DNA of 57,555 nucleotides from a virus (Duplodnaviria; Caudoviricetes): IMG/VR virus record IMGVR_UViG_3300025723_001287, positions 1 to 57,555 of that record; one strand, 5' to 3'. Shown piece by piece: positions 48,668 to 56,402 of this stretch (position 1 is its first letter; each line of letters starts with the position of its first letter). The notes under the pieces were generated by a model. It saw only the letters and a program-made list of their open reading frames with translations, ran no database searches and was not told where the DNA came from. The position numbers and the translations under genes were made by a program.

Positions 48668-50281
48668 ATGTTCAACGTGATACTATTTACCGACGCCCCT
48701 TATCCTCATCATAAAATTAGAGGGTATGGAGTACACCGAATAGCTAGTCAGATTAGAGCCAATGGTTATACTTGTCTAGTAGTAGATTTTAGCTCAGTAT
48801 TAACTTTTGACAAGTATAAAGAAATTATAGATAACAGTGTTGGCCCTGATACTTACATGATTGGATTTAGTACCACATGGCTTCCTTATCGTTGGCCAGA
48901 AAAGCCTGGTGAATACACTAATCAAATTCCAGGGCATCATATAGGTAAACAACATGAGCTTAGTAGTTACAAAGAAGAAACACTTGATTGGAGAAAAGAA
49001 AATCTTGTGGTTAAGTTTGGTCAAAATAAAATAGATGAATGGTTATTATATCCTAAGTCTATTAATCCAAAAATTAAAATCGTCCTAGGTGGTGCCAAAG
49101 CAGATTTTTATATGGACTTGAAAAATGTAGATCATGTTATATTTGGTATTGCCGAAACTATGACAATTGAATTATTAGATAAGCTAAGTGGTAAAACAAA
49201 ACGTATTTTTAACAAGTTTATAGATCATGATCGTAAAGCTCACGCACCTAGCTGGGATTTTCGAGAAAGTAGTACAAGCTATACTGAACTTGATTTTATT
49301 CAACCCCAAGAAACTCTTAATTTAGAAGTAGGTCGGGGTTGTAGATTTAAATGTGCATTTTGCAATTTTCCTTTGATAGGGCAAAAAAATGTTAATGATT
49401 ATCTTAAATATCCTAATCAAATTCGAGATGAGTTGTTAGAAAATTATGAACGTTGGGGTACTACAAAATATTTTATTGTAGATGACACATTTAACGATAG
49501 CACGGAAAAATTAGAAATGATGGTTAAGGTTATGAGAGATCTTCCATTTAAAATTAAATTCTGGTGTTATACACGTATCGATTTATTAGCCACCCATCCC
49601 GAGCAAATTGAACTAATGAAAGAACTAGGTGTGGCAGAAACATTCTTTGGTCTTGAAACATTTAATGATAAGAGTAGTAAGACCATTGGTAAGGGAATGC
49701 CTAACAGCAGGCGCAAAGATACTTTATATAAAGCAAAAGAAATATGGGGTGATCGAGTATGGCTCGAAGGTGGATTCATGATCGGGTTGCCTTACGAAAC
49801 ACAAGCCAGTTGGCGAGAAACTGTTGAATGGTTAAAACAAAAAGACTGTCCTTTGGATATTAGTACATGCTACCCTCTTAACATAGTTAAAAAAACAGAA
49901 CGTAATAAATGGTTTCCAACTAGTTGGTTTGATAACCATTATGAAAATTTTGGATATCATTTCCCTAATGAAGGTATCGAAGGATGGTTGTATTGGGAAA
50001 AAGATGATGGTACTGATATTTGTAATTTTAATCAAGCACAACAGATAGCCGATGCTAGTACTAAAGAACTTGCACCTTATCAACGTATGCGTAGGGGTGA
50101 TTTTTATAAAAGTAGTTTTCAGCATCCTATATTAGGTGACCGAGAACGTACTATAGATATGACTCCTCAAGAGTATTCGAATACAATAGCTAATATTAAT
50201 TTTGAAGAACTATTTTTTGAACATACTAATAGAGATTATTTTATTCCGTTACTAAATTTTTTAAGGAAAAAACATGTTTGA
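48668..50281 (+). CDS. Cobalamin-binding (class B-like) radical SAM protein
   Basis: GVHRIASQIR, IGFST, VLGG, GRGCRFKCAFC, DDTFND, FGLET, GFMIGLPYET; TAAATA 6 nt upstream. Confidence 0.85.
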   Translation: MFNVILFTDAPYPHHKIRGYGVHRIASQIRANGYTCLVVDFSSVLTFDKYKEIIDNSVGPDTYMIGFSTTWLPYRWPEKPGEYTNQIPGHHIGKQHELSSYKEETLDWRKENLVVKFGQNKIDEWLLYPKSINPKIKIVLGGAKADFYMDLKNVDHVIFGIAETMTIELLDKLSGKTKRIFNKFIDHDRKAHAPSWDFRESSTSYTELDFIQPQETLNLEVGRGCRFKCAFCNFPLIGQKNVNDYLKYPNQIRDELLENYERWGTTKYFIVDDTFNDSTEKLEMMVKVMRDLPFKIKFWCYTRIDLLATHPEQIELMKELGVAETFFGLETFNDKSSKTIGKGMPNSRRKDTLYKAKEIWGDRVWLEGGFMIGLPYETQASWRETVEWLKQKDCPLDISTCYPLNIVKKTERNKWFPTSWFDNHYENFGYHFPNEGIEGWLYWEKDDGTDICNFNQAQQIADASTKELAPYQRMRRGDFYKSSFQHPILGDRERTIDMTPQEYSNTIANINFEELFFEHTNRDYFIPLLNFLRKKHV

Positions 50282-51875
50282 TGTAATTCTATTTACAGAT
50301 ACTGCTGAGTTCGCTACTAAAACTAGAGGATACGGAACTCATCGATTAGCTAGTCACATACGTAGTAACGGCTACAGTTGTATTGTTATTGATTTCTTTT
50401 CTTCTATTGATTATAATCTATATAAACAAATACTCGATTTAACTGTTGGCCCTAACACATTAGTAGTTGGGTATTCAACAACATGGCTTCCTTATAAAAT
50501 TCCAGGATTACCTTTACAAACTACAGATCCGGGAAGATCGTATAGAAGAGAATCAGATCCAGAACAATTTGATAAATTAGAAAATTCTAATTTAAAAGGA
50601 ACACTTGCGACTGCTTTTGCAGGAGGTACATCTGACGAGTGGTTGCAGTATCCAAAAACTATTAATCCTAAACTTAAGACTGTATTAGGTGGTACGGCAA
50701 TTTATATGTATATGGATATAAAAACTGTTGATTACTATATAATAGGCCTCGGCGAAACTATGATTATCGACTTATTAAATTCATTAAGTAATCGAGGAAA
50801 AAAACGTATTTTTAATACCATATTAGATTATGATAGTAAAGCTCAAGCACCTGTATGGGATTTTCGTGAAAGTAAAACACAATATACAGACTATGATTTT
50901 ATAACAAGCCAAGAAACATTAAGTCTTGAAATTGGTCGCGGATGCAGATTCAAATGCACCTATTGTTCCTATCCCCTCATTGGTCAGAAAAACGTAAATG
51001 ATTTTTTAAAGTATGAAAATATTATTAGAGAAGAATTATTAGAAAATTATAATAAATGGGGAATTACTAGATATTATTTTATGGACGACACGTTCAATGA
51101 TGAAACTGAAAAGTTGGAAATGATGTTACGTGTTACTCGTAGTTTGCCATTTAAAATTAGTTTTTGGTGCTACTTACGTTTAGATTTACTAGCTATTCAT
51201 CCTGAACAAATTCCTATGTTAAAAGAATTAGGTCTAGCTCAATGCTACTTTGGTATAGAAACGTTCCATCCGGAGGCGAGTAAAGCTATAGGTAAGGGTA
51301 TGAATCCTGAAAAAAGAAAAAAAGCTCTAAGGATGTGTAAAGATATTTGGGGAGATTCAGTTAATATTCAAAGTGGGTTTATGGTAGGCTTACCTTTTGA
51401 AGGATCTGATTCTATTCGAGAAACTGCATTGTATCTTGCTGATCCTAATTGCCCTATTGATATTCCTTGGATTTTTCCGCTCACTGTAGTAGGAGGAGAT
51501 CATCCTATTTCAAAATATATGTATAAAAGCGAGTTTGATAAAAATTATGCCAAATATGGATATTACTATCCTAATAAAGAAAGATTTTGGGAATGGTATA
51601 AAAAAGATAACACTGATATAGATAATTTTGAAACAGCTGATACAGTTGCTAGAGAGAATGATAACCTTGTCAAGTCAAGAAGAAAATTGTATAAAGGCGA
51701 TTTTTATAAAGCATCATTACTACATCCTATTCTATCAAATAGAGAATTAACTTTAAAAATGACAGATGCCGAATATGAAAATTTAATTAAATCAATTAAT
51801 TTTTCTGAATTATTTTATCAAACGGTTATGAATGATTATTTTAACCCGTTAATTAAAAAACTTAAGGACCAGTAA
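50274..51875 (+). CDS. Cobalamin-binding (class B-like) radical SAM protein, tandem paralog
   Basis: GTHRLASHIR, VGYST, VLGG, GRGCRFKCTYC, DDTFND, FGIET, GFMVGLPFE. Confidence 0.85.
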   Translation: MFDVILFTDTAEFATKTRGYGTHRLASHIRSNGYSCIVIDFFSSIDYNLYKQILDLTVGPNTLVVGYSTTWLPYKIPGLPLQTTDPGRSYRRESDPEQFDKLENSNLKGTLATAFAGGTSDEWLQYPKTINPKLKTVLGGTAIYMYMDIKTVDYYIIGLGETMIIDLLNSLSNRGKKRIFNTILDYDSKAQAPVWDFRESKTQYTDYDFITSQETLSLEIGRGCRFKCTYCSYPLIGQKNVNDFLKYENIIREELLENYNKWGITRYYFMDDTFNDETEKLEMMLRVTRSLPFKISFWCYLRLDLLAIHPEQIPMLKELGLAQCYFGIETFHPEASKAIGKGMNPEKRKKALRMCKDIWGDSVNIQSGFMVGLPFEGSDSIRETALYLADPNCPIDIPWIFPLTVVGGDHPISKYMYKSEFDKNYAKYGYYYPNKERFWEWYKKDNTDIDNFETADTVARENDNLVKSRRKLYKGDFYKASLLHPILSNRELTLKMTDAEYENLIKSINFSELFYQTVMNDYFNPLIKKLKDQ

Positions 51876-53952
51876 ACGCCACCCATAAACTACCGTTAAA
51901 TCCATAGAAGTGATTTTGTTGTTGATCAAAAATAATCATACCCTTAACAGGATTGCTTGGATAAGATGATGTGTTATATAGTCCCGTTTGTATTACAGGA
52001 GCACTTAAAACTCCTCTTGAACTTATAAGTACGGCTGCAGTTCCGCCTGGTAAATCTGGATTAGTTACAGATATAGCAAAACCGCCATATACTTTACCTG
52101 ATGTAACTGTAGTAGATGGATCAACAAATAAACCAAATGCACCTATTCCTAGATAGTTAGAACCGTCATAGACTAAACCTTCACTGAATGATCCAAAATC
52201 TCCAGGGTGTACTACTGCTGGGGAAGCTAACGTTCCTCTTGAGATCCTTGTAGATATTCCAGAAACTGCTGTGCCGTCAGTTAGTCCTGTAAATAATGCA
52301 AAATTTCTATCGGCAGTTCCTACGATTGTAGTCGGGTTAGAGGCAGTTCCAATAGGTAAACTTGCTGATGTGAAATAATTAGAAACAGCAGGTATTGTCG
52401 ATGTAATATAACCTGTAGCACTGATATTAATTAAACTATTAATATTAACGGCACCTGATGAAGTAATAGTTCCTGTAATGTTAATATTACCAGCACCGGA
52501 AATATTGTGGTTATTTAATGATAAATTTCCGCCTAGTCCGCTAGTAGCTACTAGAGTTGTTCCACTAATTGGTCCAGTAATATTAATGCTACCAGTTCCA
52601 CCTATTGCTTGACTGTTCAATAGCAAATCTCCTCCCAGACCAGTTGTAGCAATAATCGTGCCGCCTTGTAGTATAGCAGACGCTGTAATATTACCCTGGT
52701 TAGAAATATTACCAGTGCCTGTAATGTTATATCCGTTTAATGCCAGATTTGCACCTAGACCAGTTGTAGCAGTAATAGTTCCACTAGTTGAAATATTACC
52801 CGTATTGGAAATATTACCAGTGCCTGTAATGTTATATCCGTTTAATGCCAGATTTGCACCTAGACCAGTTGAAGCATTTAAAGTTGTAATACTTAATGCA
52901 CCACCCGAGATAGTACCAACTCCAGCTGATAGTGAAGTTCCAGTAATAGCACCGGATATGTTAATACTACCGGTTCCAGTAATTCCGTAACTGTTTAAAG
53001 GTAGATTACCACCCAGTCCTGTAGTTGCTGTGATAGTACCAGTAGCTGATTGATTACCAGTTGTGCTGATATTGCCAGTAGTGTTAATACTACCGTATCC
53101 TGTTATATTGAATGTGTTCAGTATTAAGTTAGCACCTAACCCGGTTGTAGAAGTTATAGTTCCTGTGGTGCTGATATTGCCAGTATTAACAATATTGCCA
53201 GTATTAGAAATACTGCCGGTTCCAGAAATGCTATGACCATTTAATCCTAAATCGCCGCCTAATGCTGGACTGTGATCTTGTTGAATAGAAGTGATACCGA
53301 TAGTTGCTACTTGTACATTTGCACTGATAGTACCAGCTGTAGGATTATATGTAAATGTAATATTTGAATCAGGCCCACCTGCACTGAATGTTACACTATT
53401 AGGAGCACCTGTTGTAAATGTCTGTATTGCAGTTCCAGCTTGTGCATTTGCTAGACTAGATGCTAGGGTAATTTGATTAGATCCTGCATTTGGATTTACT
53501 ACATAATATGTTCCTGGAGCTAGTCCGTATGCTGATCCGCCTGCACCTGTAACAATAAATGGCTCTAGTGCTACTAATCCTGTGCTTGAACTAAGGGTAA
53601 CTAAGTTTGGAGATGTTAGACCTGTTACAGTTCCGGTTACTGCCGGGCTACCTGTTGCTGTAAACATTGCGGCAGCCGCTGCCTGTGCCCTAGGTATAGT
53701 AAAATATTGGCGTGTTGTGCCTTCGGAAACTACATCTGTACTAAGATTCAATCCTGAACCTGATACAACTAGCTGTGTACCATTCCAACTAAGTCCAGCG
53801 CCAGCTGAACTAGCAAGAATATTATTACCCCCAGCTGTGTGTCCGTCGCCAACATAAAGTTTATTACTGTCTGTAGTGTATAGTAATTCACCTACAGCAG
53901 GTACTATGTTTGTTCGTTGACTTTCAATTCCGCGTCTAATTTGTAGCGACAT
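51862..53952 (-). CDS. Tail fibre / virion fibre protein
   Basis: N-terminal LQIRRG...GELLYTTDSNKLYVGDG (Mtd-N/hyaluronidase-type anchor); long G/T/N/I/S repeat shaft; C-terminal GMIIFD...FYGFNGSLW; GGAGA RBS. Confidence 0.85.
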   Translation of the reverse strand: MSLQIRRGIESQRTNIVPAVGELLYTTDSNKLYVGDGHTAGGNNILASSAGAGLSWNGTQLVVSGSGLNLSTDVVSEGTTRQYFTIPRAQAAAAAMFTATGSPAVTGTVTGLTSPNLVTLSSSTGLVALEPFIVTGAGGSAYGLAPGTYYVVNPNAGSNQITLASSLANAQAGTAIQTFTTGAPNSVTFSAGGPDSNITFTYNPTAGTISANVQVATIGITSIQQDHSPALGGDLGLNGHSISGTGSISNTGNIVNTGNISTTGTITSTTGLGANLILNTFNITGYGSINTTGNISTTGNQSATGTITATTGLGGNLPLNSYGITGTGSINISGAITGTSLSAGVGTISGGALSITTLNASTGLGANLALNGYNITGTGNISNTGNISTSGTITATTGLGANLALNGYNITGTGNISNQGNITASAILQGGTIIATTGLGGDLLLNSQAIGGTGSINITGPISGTTLVATSGLGGNLSLNNHNISGAGNINITGTITSSGAVNINSLINISATGYITSTIPAVSNYFTSASLPIGTASNPTTIVGTADRNFALFTGLTDGTAVSGISTRISRGTLASPAVVHPGDFGSFSEGLVYDGSNYLGIGAFGLFVDPSTTVTSGKVYGGFAISVTNPDLPGGTAAVLISSRGVLSAPVIQTGLYNTSSYPSNPVKGMIIFDQQQNHFYGFNGSLWVAFTGP
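52703..52871. repeat. 64-bp exact direct repeat at 105-bp (35-codon) spacing inside fibre gene
   Basis: 52703-52766 equals 52808-52871; encodes TGLGANLALNGYNITGTGNIS twice. Confidence 0.9.
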
Positions 53953-53998
53953 GTGCTATCTCCAGTATTTCGTAATCATGAGAATGATCGTTATAGTG

Positions 53999-54004
53999 TA
54001 TTTA
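53999..54004 (-). promoter_or_regulatory. TAAATA late-like promoter core for fibre gene
   Basis: AATAAATACAC between the terminator and the fibre gene RBS. Confidence 0.45.
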
Positions 54005-54041
54005 TTAAAATACACATAATTGGTTATAGCTATTTTTAGTC

Positions 54042-54070
54042 AAAAAAATAGGGCCCTAAGGCCCTATTTT
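54042..54070 (-). terminator. Intrinsic terminator (probably bidirectional)
   Basis: AAAATAGGGCC-TTAG-GGCCCTATTTTTTT just after the phosphoesterase stop. Confidence 0.85.
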
Positions 54071-54082
54071 AGTAGCAGATTA

Positions 54083-54688
54083 TTAGTCTGCTTTGGTGAA
54101 ATTACCGTTTCTAAACCCTACTTCACCACCTTCTTCTTTAATACGCTTTACAACGTCTTCAAAAAGTATAGGAGCAAAGTCTGTTTGTTCAACGCAAACG
54201 CAATGATATCGAAGATCGAACTCATCACTGTACAGGATTTCACCTGTACGTGCGTCAACTCCCCGGGCTTTACGAACTCGATTTGCATGGGTATGTCCGT
54301 GTATGTTAACACCAAAACGACCCAGCGAGTCTGCGTGAAGCGGTATATGGCTAAGGATCATACCATCCATAACGTGATAGGCTCTAAGTTCCCTAAAGTA
54401 TTGTCTATACTCTACATCAGGAAAAATATCGTGGTTACCACGAATTAAAACCTTGTCGCCGTTAAGTCTAGCAAGAGTTGGCAGTGCTCTACGATTGATG
54501 ACAACATCGCCCAAGTGATAGACCTTGTCAGTGGGCTTTACCCGCTCGTTCCACGCCTTAACCATTGCTTCGTCCATTTCCTCGGGAGTATCCCAAGGAC
54601 GAAGTTTTGTAACACCGTCGTTACGTGTAAAGTGACATACGCCCTTGTGTCCAAAGTGCGTGTCACTAACTAGAAAAACACTAGGCAT
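54083..54688 (-). CDS. Calcineurin-like metallophosphoesterase
   Basis: SDTHFGH, HLGD, GNHD, SHIP, HGHTH. Confidence 0.9.
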   Translation of the reverse strand: MPSVFLVSDTHFGHKGVCHFTRNDGVTKLRPWDTPEEMDEAMVKAWNERVKPTDKVYHLGDVVINRRALPTLARLNGDKVLIRGNHDIFPDVEYRQYFRELRAYHVMDGMILSHIPLHADSLGRFGVNIHGHTHANRVRKARGVDARTGEILYSDEFDLRYHCVCVEQTDFAPILFEDVVKRIKEEGGEVGFRNGNFTKAD

Positions 54689-54712
54689 ACATCCTCCTTT
54701 CTTTAATTAGTT

Positions 54713-54741
54713 ATTATACTACACATTCCAGATTTCGTCAA
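54713..54741 (-). promoter_or_regulatory. sigma70-type promoter
   Basis: TTGACG-17 nt-TATAAT, followed by AAGGAGG RBS. Confidence 0.8.
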
Positions 54742-55180
54742 ATCCTTCTTCTTCAGTTGGCATTTCAAAACTAGCCAGCATTCCTTCTATGACTGCATCT
54801 GGTATTTCTTTGCCAGGACGACTATCTAAACGACGCTTCAATTCAATTCTGTTTGGTGTTTGAAATACTACTGCAATATGCTCATAGTCAGGTAACATAT
54901 TAAACTTACGAGTACGGCTTTTTACAGTAGTTGAAGTCTGATCCCAAATTATGTCCTTGCCTGCTTCTCGTGCTAAGACAACTTCCGCGGCCATCATTTC
55001 AACAGCCTTAGGCATGATGTCCGTAAACACTTCTGAGTAGGTCTTACCAGTTTCGTGTGCATACGCATCTACAAATTTATCTGTGGATATGTATGTACAA
55101 TCTTTGGCCCATAGTTGATTGTTAGCCCATGTACTTTTACCAGCGCACGGAACTCCAATTAATTGATAACACTTAGGCAT
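54719..55180 (-). CDS. P-loop kinase (polynucleotide kinase/AAA_33-like)
   Basis: GVPCAGKST, ISTD, IIWDQT, RLDSR, P..EEGFD. Confidence 0.85.
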   Translation of the reverse strand: MPKCYQLIGVPCAGKSTWANNQLWAKDCTYISTDKFVDAYAHETGKTYSEVFTDIMPKAVEMMAAEVVLAREAGKDIIWDQTSTTVKSRTRKFNMLPDYEHIAVVFQTPNRIELKRRLDSRPGKEIPDAVIEGMLASFEMPTEEEGFDEIWNV

Positions 55181-55347
55181 TAATGAACTGCTTCCTTTAC
55201 ATCTACTTCACATTCAATTACCCAGTTATTAAACTGAGTAAACTTGTCAACTTCAATTCCTAGCCCAACTGCTTCGTTTACAAAATGCTGTAACAGCGTA
55301 TTGTACAAATGATCGGGCATGGTGTCTTTATCAAATTTAATTTTCAT
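55180..55347 (-). CDS. Small hypothetical protein (55 aa, not in ORF track)
   Basis: MKIKFDKDTMPDHLYNTLLQHFVNEAVGLG...; coupled at both ends. Confidence 0.65.
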   Translation of the reverse strand: MKIKFDKDTMPDHLYNTLLQHFVNEAVGLGIEVDKFTQFNNWVIECEVDVKEAVH

Positions 55348-55583
55348 TTACGTCTTTCAGCGACAATTTGGCAATCAATACACATAGTACAACCTTGTAC
55401 TGCCTGTTGACGAGCTAGGGGAATATCTTCTCCGCACTCGATACATTCAGACAAACTTGGACCCTTTGGGATCTTACTACGTATTCTTGCAACTGCATCA
55501 GCATTTGAAGTAATTGACAATAATTGAGCTTGATCTGATTCCTCTAGATTGTCGCCCTGTATGCTTTCGTATTCTTTAATCAT
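55344..55583 (-). CDS. TraR/DksA C4 zinc-finger protein
   Basis: CIECGEDIPLARQQAVQGCTMCIDCQ; short TraR-like length. Confidence 0.9.
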   Translation of the reverse strand: MIKEYESIQGDNLEESDQAQLLSITSNADAVARIRSKIPKGPSLSECIECGEDIPLARQQAVQGCTMCIDCQIVAERRK

Positions 55584-55771
55584 ATTAATCCTACCATCCT
55601 AAAATATTCCTCGTGAGGGACATAAAAATCCGTACGGGGATCCCAGTACTTACCTTCTTTTGGATCATAATACAAGATACGACCATTAAAATGGAACGGG
55701 CCTTCTAAACCCTTACGAGGTTCAAAACCCTGCATAATGTCTTTAGAATCTCCCAAAATACGAAAACTCAT
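55580..55771 (-). CDS. Small hypothetical phage protein
   Basis: GLEGPF...LYYDPKEGKYWDPRTDFYV; GGAG RBS. Confidence 0.7.
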   Translation of the reverse strand: MSFRILGDSKDIMQGFEPRKGLEGPFHFNGRILYYDPKEGKYWDPRTDFYVPHEEYFRMVGLI

Positions 55772-55801
55772 TCTTCGCTCCTGTTTTGTTTGTATGCATA
55801 T

Positions 55802-55830
55802 ATTATACTATCAAAAAAAGATCCTGTCAA
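55802..55830 (-). promoter_or_regulatory. sigma70-type promoter
   Basis: Perfect TTGACA-17 nt-TATAAT. Confidence 0.85.
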
Positions 55831-55844
55831 CCAGGGGGAAATGT

Positions 55845-55922
55845 TGGAGCACTGGGTAGGATTTGAACCTACGGCTTTACGGATTTGCAATCCGGTGCAT
55901 TGGGCCACTCTGCCACCAGTGC
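55845..55922 (-). tRNA. tRNA-Cys(GCA)
   Basis: GCACTGG/CCAGTGC-T-CCA; anticodon loop TT-GCA-AA; GTAGG-TTCAAAT-CCTAC. Confidence 0.93.
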
Positions 55923-55927
55923 GTATT

Positions 55928-56003
55928 TGGTAGGACGTGACGGGTTCGAACCGCCGACATTCACGGTGTAAACGTGACGCTCTACCAACTGAGCTAACGT
56001 CCT
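55928..56003 (-). tRNA. tRNA-Val(TAC)
   Basis: AGGACGT/ACGTCCT-A-CCA; TCACG-TT-TAC-AC-CGTGA. Confidence 0.95.
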
Positions 56004-56274
56004 ATCGAAAGTTTGCGCCACGATCAACCATGTTGCGTGGCTCTGGAAATTTAATTCGTTTAATATACTCTTCACCGATTTTACCTTCTTGTACTTCAAG
56101 AAGTGCCGTCACTGTAGTGTGAACGTGTTCATGCTTTAAACTATGTTTGTTATTACGAGCAAGTTCTCTAGCACGATTAGCGGCTATAATAACAAGATTA
56201 AATCGATTACCACCTACATTTTCAACACACTTTTGAGTGTCAATAAAAGTTCCGCGGCTAACATATTGTGGCAT
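56002..56274 (-). CDS. rpoZ: RNA polymerase omega subunit homolog
   Basis: GNRFNLVIIAANRARELA...TVTALLEVQEGKI. Confidence 0.85.
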   Translation of the reverse strand: MPQYVSRGTFIDTQKCVENVGGNRFNLVIIAANRARELARNNKHSLKHEHVHTTVTALLEVQEGKIGEEYIKRIKFPEPRNMVDRGANFR

Positions 56275-56293
56275 ATTATTTCCTTAAAATTGT

Positions 56294-56322
56294 ATTATAC
56301 AACCTATTGATCAGCAAGTCAA
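56294..56322 (-). promoter_or_regulatory. sigma70-type promoter
   Basis: TTGACT-17 nt-TATAAT. Confidence 0.8.
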
Positions 56323-56328
56323 CTCAAT

Positions 56329-56402
56329 TGGTTGCGGGACCTGGAATCGAACCAGGGACTGGAGCTTATGAGACTCCTGAGATGCCGCTTCTCCATCCCG
56401 CG
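56329..56402 (-). tRNA. tRNA-Met(CAT), initiator-like
   Basis: CGCGGGA/TCCCGCA-A-CCA with C1xA72 mismatch and A11-U24; anticodon CAT. Confidence 0.9.

Noticed and set aside
17737-51875. Short classical RiPP precursor inside the enzyme cluster
   Set aside because: Intergenic gaps are under about 40 nt and no leader/core-like small ORF was found; one could lie outside the window
51862-53952. Diversity-generating retroelement suggested by the Mtd-like N-terminus and internal repeat
   Set aside because: No reverse transcriptase in the window; the repeat is exact, internal and in-frame, without adenine-specific mismatches
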